From assembly GCA_963514005.1 (NCBI GenBank), contig OY740782.1:103292001-103356000 (forward strand): DNA of 64,000 bases, written 5' to 3'. Below the pieces are notes generated by a model. It was not told the origin of the DNA. It ran no database searches and saw only the letters and a list, made by a program, of their open reading frames with translations. A program made the translations under genes and the position numbers. Of this stretch, positions 59,801 through 64,000 are shown one piece after another. The DNA is from Raja brachyura. Lineage: Eukaryota. Numbering within the stretch: position 1 is the first letter of the stretch; each line of letters begins with the position of its first letter.

Positions 59801-62698
59801 AACTCAAGACCATTGTAACTATTATACTTATCAAACAATAGGCAGAATTTTCAGAATATTTTTAGAAATAAATAAAAAATATTTTTCTCTCCTTGAATTA
59901 TTTCATCGAAGATAATAGCATCACATGCAGCTATCTTGATTTTAAAATATGCGAGTCCAAATAATTAAATTTAAAAATAGCAATGTAAATCTCACTTCAA
60001 GATAACAGGTCCCTTTCTTGAGTCCACATTTAAAAAAAACAAGGCCAGCAATTTTATATCAAAGGATGCTAATTATAGAAAACACTATATTTTGATCAAT
60101 GTACTTTAATTCCTAAATACTTATTGTAAGAATACAAAGAACATTTAAAGTTTTCTAATCTTTAACATTGTCACTAAATTAGATTAGAACATATGTAATA
60201 CTATTTAAGGTAAATTAGGCAAGTGAATTAGTTTAGGAAATTATTTAAGCAAACAAATACTTTATCATATTTCAGGTAAGAGTCATCTTATAAATTGACA
60301 TAGATTACCTAATAAATTGGAGGAAACCAGAACAGTATATGACTTGGAGAATAATCCAAGTTTTGTGGTTGTTGGGTTAAGTTGGCACCAGGGTGGCATT
60401 TCTGCCACCGGGCTACTCATCAATGTTATTGCCAGAGAATCTGTCACATAAACACAGCCAACCAGGCTGAGGTTTCTACACCTTGCCTTTAATTTCCTGC
60501 ACTTTGATTCACCCTATACCATTACCGAGAGACCTGCTCTGTGCCGGTGTGGTGATGGCAAGTTACCACAAACCACACGTGCAAATAGAAACACTTTTAA
60601 TGGAATGAGACCAAAATGTTTAACAGTACAAACATATCTGCTGTTTAACAGGATATAGCTAACTGATTGATGGTGGGAGTGGTTTTTAATTATTCAACCA
60701 CAATTTCACAAATATGCCAAATCATATTTTAGAAAGTTTCTGTGCCAACTTCATTGAACTAGATGGGGTGGAAGATTGCAACCTTCATGTGGTCCGCCCT
60801 GTTTGGACTAATGCAATCAACTCGACGTGCACAAATGGAAGATCAAATAGAACAAGTTGTCCTACAACTTTAGGCTGTGCACGCCACACGAAAGAAGAAG
60901 ATTGAACTAGATGTTTCATGAAAGATTTAGTCTGAATTTATTCTGCAAATTTGTAGATAGGATTTCCAGTTCCAATTGATACAGGTGAAGGCACTAGAGG
61001 ATGCACAAGACAACATTGACACATTGCACATCAGAAGATTATGACTGTAATGATTGGGTTTAAAATTAGAATGGTTCTGTAAAATAAAGGCAGGAATAAT
61101 TTTCCTGGATTGTTTTGAATATAGCGCAGAATAGATAAGACATTTGGGATAATCCTCATCTGGCAGAGATACAAAAAAAAAGATTCCTATGAAAATTTAA
61201 AATAAAAACGTTAATTTGTACTATTGCATCCACCTAGCTAATCGGTTCAATTCACAACTGTTTTCCTTTCGAAGTGAGGATTCAATTCCCCCACCCCTTA
61301 CACAGACCCCAACTTCAACCCGAGCCAACAAGTCAGATACTTCAAATTACCAGCAGGTGGCTCCAAAGTTCACAAGTTAACTTTCCGATCCTTGCATTGC
61401 CAAGGTGGGTACAAGTGTGTATATATATATATATATAAAACTTACGTTAATATACAATCTATAGCACAATTTAATTACCTTTATATACATCCATATATAT
61501 AATTGAATTGTGCTATATATTGTATACTATCACAAGTCTCACATATTAGATGATTCGAAACAACTTTGTTATAAATGGGAAAAATATCACCACATATGTT
61601 TTGCATCTAAATAGTTTAGGGAAATGTCGAGGTGGATCTGTACTGAGATCATGCGGATATTTCCTCATTATCACTACAGATCTCCCACGTTGTCACCAAT
61701 TCGTCCGCTCACATGTCACACCTTCTTTGGGGTGTGACAAAAGAACAGCTGGAAAACTAAGTATGCAGAGCCCTCCCCACCCCCTTCAAACTGGACACAT
61801 CGCAGATCTATCAGCATCAGTCTCCCGGGACAATGCAGCCACATCAGATGTGGGTGGAAACCAGAGCAAGAAACACCCACGCGCGCGAAACACTGCTTGG
61901 TCACTTAAAACAAAATAATCAGTACTCTGGACTATATAAACTGGAATTCTTGAAACATTTTAAAAATCGTGTTGTACCATAATCTGCATCGACAGTGACG
62001 CGGATTAAAGTGAAAGCACTACCGCGGTGTGGCAGTGTCCACAAACTACCTGATCCCTTCCCTCTAACCCAACTCAACGTTGTCATGGAAAACATTACTT
62101 ACATCTGTTGCCATTAAAGTTCCCCCCTTCTACCCAGCCCGGAATCCGATCAGTTTCAATGTCTGCCTTTTTGCTTTCTAAAGCTTAAATCCACAGTCGT
62201 ATATCACCTGGGCTCAATTAAGCAGAAAAAAGATGGAACTGCCGCCCACAAAAAAACATGCTCGCTGGATTTCCTTACTTTCCAACATTTGTCTAACCCG
62301 TCTCTGAGCACTACGTTGCGAATTAAATTTCAAGCACATATTTACGAACGTATTTTCTTAACGTATGTACAAAATAACAAGGTGCTTGACGAATACGTTG
62401 CTATTGTATAGGTTACTGTTTAAGAAAGGTCGTTCGTTGCAATTACAGGATTTATAACGGGATTTATACTTTTATTAGTCTTGTTTCATTCCTCTACGTT
62501 TTTTGATCATTTTGAACTCCGGGTTTCTGAAAGAATCTGGCATGCCTTATCTTACTGGGCTGCAGCCTCCAAGCACACATATACATTACATTGTCAGATT
62601 TAAAAGGGGCACTTACATTCGTCTTCATATTGGCCTCTTGCTACGAACGTCGTTACTGCAAGCAGCAACAAAATCCGTGTATCCACAAAGCTGAGCAT
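11697..62698 (-). CDS. COL1A2: Collagen type I alpha 2 chain, complete spliced CDS (52 canonical exons plus an alternative exon 24; 1366 aa)
   Basis: Signal peptide [16 protein letters not shown]. No vWFC exon. Helix exons of 45/54/99/108/162 bp in exactly the COL1A2 order give 1014 Gly-X-Y residues with one exon 24. The C-propeptide has 7 Cys with Ser at the C2 position ([11 protein letters not shown]), the alpha2(I) hallmark, and ends GPVCFK*. Confidence 0.98.
13006..13248 (-). CDS. COL1A2: COL1A2 exon 51 (243 bp) COLFI domain
   Basis: [21 protein letters not shown]...[17 protein letters not shown]; canonical 243 bp. Confidence 0.97.
13372..13559 (-). CDS. COL1A2: COL1A2 exon 50 (188 bp) COLFI domain
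   Basis: [28 protein letters not shown]...[14 protein letters not shown]. Confidence 0.96.
14801..15089 (-). mobile_element. HE1-like V-SINE, near full length, in intron 49
   Basis: Head GGGCAGCACAGTGGCGCAGCAGTAGAATTGCTGCCTCAC; tail ...CCTGTTTCCACACTATATATCTAAACTAAA. Confidence 0.8.
15118..15364 (-). CDS. COL1A2: COL1A2 exon 49 (247 bp): helix end, C-telopeptide, BMP1 site YRA|DQP, start of the COLFI domain
   Basis: [33 protein letters not shown]...[18 protein letters not shown]; phase-1 donor GTATGT. Confidence 0.96.
16095..16370 (+). mobile_element. LINE 3' end (Rex/Babar-like)
   Basis: CAGGCAACTGAA...CAAAAGCTTTTCACTGTACCTCGGT...GTGACAATAAACTAA tail. Confidence 0.55.
16976..17083 (-). 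CDS. COL1A2: COL1A2 exon 48 (108 bp) [36 protein letters not shown]
   Basis: Gly-X-Y, canonical size and splice sites. Confidence 0.95.
17178..17231 (-). CDS. COL1A2: COL1A2 exon 47 (54 bp) [18 protein letters not shown]
   Basis: Gly-X-Y, canonical size and splice sites. Confidence 0.95.
17338..17445 (-). CDS. COL1A2: COL1A2 exon 46 (108 bp) [36 protein letters not shown] (Lys930)
   Basis: Gly-X-Y, canonical size and splice sites. Confidence 0.95.
17750..18235. mobile_element. HE1-like SINE (minus strand) followed by a CR1 LINE 3' end (plus strand)
   Basis: SINE core about 17750-18010; CR1 tail AAGGCAGAGATAGAT...TGGGCCGATTAGCCTAATTCTACTCCTAT about 18030-18230. Confidence 0.65.
18491..18544 (-). 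CDS. COL1A2: COL1A2 exon 45 (54 bp) [18 protein letters not shown]
   Basis: Gly-X-Y, canonical size and splice sites. Confidence 0.95.
18643..18750 (-). CDS. COL1A2: COL1A2 exon 44 (108 bp) [36 protein letters not shown]
   Basis: Gly-X-Y, canonical size and splice sites. Confidence 0.95.
18893..18946 (-). CDS. COL1A2: COL1A2 exon 43 (54 bp) [18 protein letters not shown]
   Basis: Gly-X-Y; donor GTTCGT. Confidence 0.94.
19069..19176 (-). CDS. COL1A2: COL1A2 exon 42 (108 bp) [36 protein letters not shown]
   Basis: Gly-X-Y, canonical size and splice sites. Confidence 0.95.
21747..21854 (-). CDS. COL1A2: COL1A2 exon 41 (108 bp) [36 protein letters not shown] (collagenase site G775-L776)
   Basis: Gly-X-Y; G|LL at helix residue 775. 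Confidence 0.95.
21942..22103 (-). CDS. COL1A2: COL1A2 exon 40 (162 bp) GPQGPQGAV...GASGETGNA
   Basis: Gly-X-Y; the single 162-bp exon. Confidence 0.95.
23247..23300 (-). CDS. COL1A2: COL1A2 exon 39 (54 bp) [18 protein letters not shown]
   Basis: Gly-X-Y; GMTGFP is typical of alpha2(I). Confidence 0.95.
23639..23692 (-). CDS. COL1A2: COL1A2 exon 38 (54 bp) [18 protein letters not shown]
   Basis: Gly-X-Y, canonical size and splice sites. Confidence 0.95.
23800..24090 (+). mobile_element. Penelope-like element fragment (GIY-YIG C-terminus plus pyrimidine-rich UTR)
   Basis: Translation [29 protein letters not shown] matches the PLE motif RKLxEQHLIFxLGTLxPxGLN. Confidence 0.75.
25295..25660. 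mobile_element. CR1-type LINE 3' ends nested in opposite orientations
   Basis: GAAACAGGCCCTTCAGCCCA tail on the minus strand interrupted by a plus-strand copy at about 25440-25555. Confidence 0.65.
25724..25831 (-). CDS. COL1A2: COL1A2 exon 37 (108 bp) [36 protein letters not shown]
   Basis: Gly-X-Y, canonical size and splice sites. Confidence 0.95.
25928..25981 (-). CDS. COL1A2: COL1A2 exon 36 (54 bp) [18 protein letters not shown]
   Basis: Gly-X-Y, canonical size and splice sites. Confidence 0.95.
27007..27060 (-). CDS. COL1A2: COL1A2 exon 35 (54 bp) [18 protein letters not shown]
   Basis: Gly-X-Y, canonical size and splice sites. Confidence 0.95.
27690..28030 (-). mobile_element. Degenerate HE1-like SINE
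   Basis: Similarity to the copies at 14801 and 38135. Confidence 0.5.
28584..28637 (-). CDS. COL1A2: COL1A2 exon 34 (54 bp) [18 protein letters not shown]
   Basis: Gly-X-Y, canonical size and splice sites. Confidence 0.95.
28745..28798 (-). CDS. COL1A2: COL1A2 exon 33 (54 bp) [18 protein letters not shown]
   Basis: Gly-X-Y; separate from exon 34 as in COL1A2. Confidence 0.95.
29115..29222 (-). CDS. COL1A2: COL1A2 exon 32 (108 bp) [36 protein letters not shown]
   Basis: Gly-X-Y; contains a GMPGER integrin-type motif. Confidence 0.95.
29820..30115 (+). mobile_element. Degenerate HE1-like SINE
   Basis: CTGCTGCCTCACAGC...GTGTGGAGTTTGATGTTCTC...TTTCCTCCCA..CCAAAGAC. Confidence 0.6.
31437..31535 (-). 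CDS. COL1A2: COL1A2 exon 31 (99 bp) [33 protein letters not shown]
   Basis: Gly-X-Y, canonical size and splice sites. Confidence 0.95.
31630..31674 (-). CDS. COL1A2: COL1A2 exon 30 (45 bp) [15 protein letters not shown]
   Basis: Gly-X-Y, canonical size and splice sites. Confidence 0.95.
32903..32956 (-). CDS. COL1A2: COL1A2 exon 29 (54 bp) [18 protein letters not shown]
   Basis: Gly-X-Y, canonical size and splice sites. Confidence 0.95.
33795..34486. mobile_element. PIF/Harbinger-like MITE in intron 28 containing a nested palindromic Penelope-derived repeat
   Basis: ~63-bp imperfect TIR starting AGGGCCTGTCCCACTT; TTA on both flanks; palindrome at 34156-34353. Confidence 0.85.
34687..34740 (-). 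CDS. COL1A2: COL1A2 exon 28 (54 bp) [18 protein letters not shown]
   Basis: Gly-X-Y; donor GTTTGA. Confidence 0.94.
34886..35087 (+). repeat. ~200-bp direct duplication, copy 1 (intron 27)
   Basis: Closely similar to 36235-36438. Confidence 0.9.
35249..35302 (-). CDS. COL1A2: COL1A2 exon 27 (54 bp) [18 protein letters not shown]
   Basis: Gly-X-Y, canonical size and splice sites. Confidence 0.95.
36235..36438 (+). repeat. ~200-bp direct duplication, copy 2 (intron 26)
   Basis: Closely similar to 34886-35087. Confidence 0.9.
36908..36961 (-). CDS. COL1A2: COL1A2 exon 26 (54 bp) [18 protein letters not shown]
   Basis: Gly-X-Y, canonical size and splice sites. Confidence 0.95.
37487..37585 (-). 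CDS. COL1A2: COL1A2 exon 25 (99 bp) [33 protein letters not shown]
   Basis: Gly-X-Y, canonical size and splice sites. Confidence 0.95.
38135..38430 (-). mobile_element. HE1-like V-SINE with (ATTG)n tail
   Basis: Head GGGTGGCACGGCTGGTGGAGCTGCTGCCTCACAGCACCA; GAAACAGGCCCTTTGGCCCA tail. Confidence 0.75.
39112..39165 (-). CDS. COL1A2: COL1A2 exon 24b (54 bp) [18 protein letters not shown]
   Basis: Six Gly-X-Y triplets; ttatttttcag acceptor, GTAAGT donor; GK.GP ending resembles canonical exon 24. Confidence 0.88.
39205..39258 (-). CDS. COL1A2: COL1A2 extra exon 24a (54 bp) [18 protein letters not shown]; candidate mutually exclusive exon
   Basis: Six perfect Gly-X-Y triplets; acceptor gctttcctcactatttatag, donor GTAAGT; only 39 nt from exon 24b. 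Confidence 0.8.
39586..40281 (+). mobile_element. GC-rich non-autonomous retroposon-like insertion in intron 23
   Basis: Abrupt GC rise, internal repeated units (GGACTTTAACAT, GGGAGCT), ends TGGCTAATAAAG(TATGAT)n. Confidence 0.6.
40516..40614 (-). CDS. COL1A2: COL1A2 exon 23 (99 bp) [33 protein letters not shown]
   Basis: Gly-X-Y, canonical size and splice sites. Confidence 0.95.
40780..40833 (-). CDS. COL1A2: COL1A2 exon 22 (54 bp) [18 protein letters not shown]
   Basis: Gly-X-Y, canonical size and splice sites. Confidence 0.95.
41340..41447 (-). CDS. COL1A2: COL1A2 exon 21 (108 bp) [36 protein letters not shown]
   Basis: Gly-X-Y, canonical size and splice sites. Confidence 0.95.
41565..41618 (-). 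CDS. COL1A2: COL1A2 exon 20 (54 bp) [18 protein letters not shown]
   Basis: Gly-X-Y, canonical size and splice sites. Confidence 0.95.
41723..41821 (-). CDS. COL1A2: COL1A2 exon 19 (99 bp) [33 protein letters not shown]
   Basis: Gly-X-Y, canonical size and splice sites. Confidence 0.95.
41909..41953 (-). CDS. COL1A2: COL1A2 exon 18 (45 bp) [15 protein letters not shown]
   Basis: Gly-X-Y; donor GTTGGT. Confidence 0.93.
42056..42154 (-). CDS. COL1A2: COL1A2 exon 17 (99 bp) [33 protein letters not shown]
   Basis: Gly-X-Y, canonical size and splice sites. Confidence 0.95.
43969..44022 (-). CDS. COL1A2: COL1A2 exon 16 (54 bp) [18 protein letters not shown]
   Basis: Gly-X-Y, canonical size and splice sites. 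Confidence 0.95.
44350..45017. mobile_element. Penelope-derived purine-rich fragment followed by an HE1-like SINE (plus strand)
   Basis: GCTGGAGCAACTCAGC...TTTCGGGTCAGGTCCTTCTT and G/A-rich tract to about 44695; then GTAGAGCTGTTGCCTCAC SINE head. Confidence 0.65.
45045..45089 (-). CDS. COL1A2: COL1A2 exon 15 (45 bp) [15 protein letters not shown]
   Basis: Gly-X-Y, canonical size and splice sites. Confidence 0.95.
45515..45568 (-). CDS. COL1A2: COL1A2 exon 14 (54 bp) [18 protein letters not shown]
   Basis: Gly-X-Y, canonical size and splice sites. Confidence 0.95.
46254..46298 (-). CDS. COL1A2: COL1A2 exon 13 (45 bp) [15 protein letters not shown]
   Basis: Gly-X-Y, canonical size and splice sites. 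Confidence 0.95.
48670..48723 (-). CDS. COL1A2: COL1A2 exon 12 (54 bp) [18 protein letters not shown]
   Basis: Gly-X-Y, canonical size and splice sites. Confidence 0.95.
48812..48865 (-). CDS. COL1A2: COL1A2 exon 11 (54 bp) [18 protein letters not shown] (helical cross-link Lys87)
   Basis: Gly-X-Y; KGHR at helix residues 87-90. Confidence 0.95.
48999..49052 (-). CDS. COL1A2: COL1A2 exon 10 (54 bp) [18 protein letters not shown]; GC donor
   Basis: Gly-X-Y; ends CAG|GCAAGT. Confidence 0.93.
51613..51666 (-). CDS. COL1A2: COL1A2 exon 9 (54 bp) [18 protein letters not shown]
   Basis: Gly-X-Y, canonical size and splice sites. Confidence 0.95.
51768..51821 (-). CDS. COL1A2: COL1A2 exon 8 (54 bp) [18 protein letters not shown]
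   Basis: Gly-X-Y, canonical size and splice sites. Confidence 0.95.
51979..52023 (-). CDS. COL1A2: COL1A2 exon 7 (45 bp) [15 protein letters not shown]
   Basis: Gly-X-Y, canonical size and splice sites. Confidence 0.95.
54462..54509 (-). CDS. COL1A2: COL1A2 exon 6 (48 bp) [16 protein letters not shown]; N-proteinase site A|Q and N-telopeptide
   Basis: YAAQY matches the FAAQY cleavage motif; tttcag acceptor, GTACGT donor. Confidence 0.9.
54800..55720 (-). mobile_element. CR1 LINE 3' fragments; a younger copy (about 55075-55460) is nested in an older one
   Basis: Translation [54 protein letters not shown] is the classic CR1 ORF2 C-terminus. Confidence 0.85.
55927..56004 (-). CDS. COL1A2: COL1A2 exon 5 (78 bp) [26 protein letters not shown]
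   Basis: Minor helix, AG/GTAAGT sites. Confidence 0.93.
56242..56286 (-). CDS. COL1A2: COL1A2 exon 4 (45 bp) [15 protein letters not shown]
   Basis: Gly-X-Y minor helix, AG/GT sites. Confidence 0.93.
56515..56880 (+). mobile_element. Deu-domain SINE (SacSINE1/AmnSINE-like); an inverted partial copy lies at about 57030-57190
   Basis: GTCTTTCAGG..GGTTAAA...GTCTGCCTTCTCAGGTGG...CCAATATTTATC...CAGATTATC...CATTGGCT; resembles the Deu-domain consensus as I recall it. Confidence 0.6.
58400..58535. mobile_element. Penelope-derived repeat, half copy
   Basis: GAAGATAGACACAAAATGCTGGAGTAACTCAGCGGGTCAGGCAGC...GGTGACGTTTC. Confidence 0.65.
58620..58640 (-). CDS. COL1A2: COL1A2 exon 3 micro-exon (21 bp) GYQDELT
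   Basis: ttgcag acceptor, GTATGT donor, in frame. Confidence 0.85.
58732..58745 (-). CDS. COL1A2: COL1A2 exon 2 micro-exon (14 bp) (Y)NGND
   Basis: tttctgcag acceptor, GTAAGT donor; restores phase 0 after the phase-1 end of exon 1. Confidence 0.85.
62617..62698 (-). CDS. COL1A2: COL1A2 exon 1 coding part (82 bp) [27 protein letters not shown]
   Basis: ATG lies inside the collagen 5' stem-loop; donor T|GTAAGT. Confidence 0.96.
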
Positions 62699-62729
62699 GT
62701 CTAAATGATAGACATGCAGACTCCTTGTG
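62684..62729 (-). promoter_or_regulatory. Collagen 5' stem-loop (LARP6-binding element) containing a uORF and the start codon
   Basis: CACAAGGAGUCUGCAUGUCUAUCAUUUAGACAUGCUCAGCUUUGUG; uORF AUG-UCU-AUC-AUU-UAG at 62701-62715. Confidence 0.92.
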
Positions 62730-62827
62730 AAAAATAGCCCAGACTTTTACCCAGCAAGAATAAAACAGGCGATGATAACTCCAGACTTTACAGAACCCTC
62801 CTGCCGAATCTCTAGCGTGATGTACCC

Positions 62828-62893
62828 TTCTTATAGTACAGGAGGATCCCTGTCTGCGTGTCAGGACATCCCCTTAACCAATAGAAACCCAAT
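62828..62893 (-). promoter_or_regulatory. COL1A2 core promoter: TATA box and two inverted CCAAT boxes
   Basis: TATAAGAA at 62835-62828; ATTGG at 62878-62882 and 62889-62893, roughly -75 and -85 from an inferred TSS near 62805. Confidence 0.75.
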
Positions 62894-64000
62894 GGTCCAG
62901 CACTCTCAACCCCAACAGATCCATTGGAGGAGCATGTTCCAATGTGCACCGCCTGCCAGGAGATTACTGGCACAGCATCATTGGAATGACGATTCCAGAA
63001 ACTCTTAATTGAATCCAGCCCTCTGCTTTGTCATTTCGGGCTTCGCTTCGCTAGGGGGCTGTGGTGGGGTATTTAATACTTGTCCCACTTTCTACAGTGG
63101 GAGACCACGTCACAAACTGCCGGCACTCGCGGTATTCGGGCAAGGCCAGGAATCAGGGACAACTTCGCATGTGAACCCCGAGGAGCAGAGAGGTTCCATT
63201 GTTTGCTCTGGGTGCATGTTAGCTCTATTCATCACCGCCTCGGTAACGTGCAACGGGAAATGCTGGGTGTCTGTGGCAACTGCTTGCCAGCCATTAAATT
63301 CCAGTGGATTTGATAGAAACGCCGACACTATTAGCGGGGAGAAAGAACAACGACTTCAGACGATGCCAATCTGAGGCTCACGCCCTTACCCCGAATGTTC
63401 ACGCGGCTCCATGGTCTCAATCTCAATCTGACGTTCAGATTGAAAATAGTTTTAAATCCTTTGACTTTATATTTCTTAAATATCATTATCGACTTAACAA
63501 TAGATCTTGCATACAAGTTATCTGACGCCCGGAGTTAAAATTACAAACCAGCACACGCTAGAAAGACGGATTTCTGCAGAGAAGAGTTGACATAAAGATG
63601 TATATGGTGCATTGGATAGGGAGATGCTCCCTTCTCCCTCTCGTTGTCAACAAAACGGTAGCAGTTGGAGCAGAGTAGACAACAAATTGTGTATCTTAAA
63701 ATAAATCGAGCTAAAACATACATGTCGTCAAAAGAAATACACACGCGGTTAATGTTGAATCTCCTTTTTAATTTAGATCGACATCAGCTTTTATGGTTTG
63801 ACACAGTTTGATTGTAAGTTGACTACAGACACTGAACCAACAAATCTTGGTTACAATAGGAGTATCATTTCGTTCTTCCACGCAAAATGTCGACTACATT
63901 ATTTTTTCTGAAAACAGTTAGATTCACTCAGTTAGGCTGAACGCAAATAGACTTCTGGAAAGCTTACATATCTCGCTTTAAAAACAATGTTGCTGTTAAA

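Noticed and set aside
58746-62616. A hidden vWFC (cysteine-rich) exon in intron 1, as in COL1A1 and COL2A1
   Set aside because: No frame with the CxxCxC pattern and splice sites was found; absence is normal for COL1A2.
62727-63525. Plus-strand ORFs upstream of COL1A2 as a divergent gene
   Set aside because: Short, with no homology signal; explained by the higher GC content of the promoter region.
1-64000. CRISPR arrays, rRNA or true tRNA genes, prokaryotic systems
   Set aside because: No repeat-spacer array is present; tRNA-like A/B boxes belong to SINE heads; the locus is plainly vertebrate.

Overview
Vertebrate genomic DNA, AT-rich, with a repeat landscape typical of an elasmobranch, probably a skate or ray (HE1-like V-SINEs, SacSINE/Deu-SINE, CR1, Rex/Babar and Penelope fragments). 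The window holds one complete gene on the minus strand, COL1A2 (pro-alpha2(I) collagen). The ATG is at 62698, the stop at 11697-11699 and the distal polyA signal near 10890. All 52 canonical exons could be placed by hand with correct sizes and phases, giving a 4101-nt CDS, 1366 aa and a 1014-residue triple helix. The promoter (TATA plus inverted CCAAT boxes), the LARP6-type 5' stem-loop with its uORF, and 3'UTR miR-29/let-7 sites are visible. The main surprise is a 53rd, perfectly formed 54-bp Gly-X-Y exon only 39 nt from exon 24, the architecture of a mutually exclusive exon pair inside a fibrillar collagen helix. Other points of note: a DNA transposon with a 7-bp TSD carrying a spindlin/Tudor-like coding remnant, a GC-AG intron, an identical decapeptide repeated exactly one D-period (234 aa) apart, a hammerhead-like Penelope palindrome nested in a MITE, and a RUNX motif cluster in intron 1. 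Family assignments and comparisons with human sequences come from memory, not from database searches. Repeat boundaries are approximate unless TIRs or TSDs are quoted.
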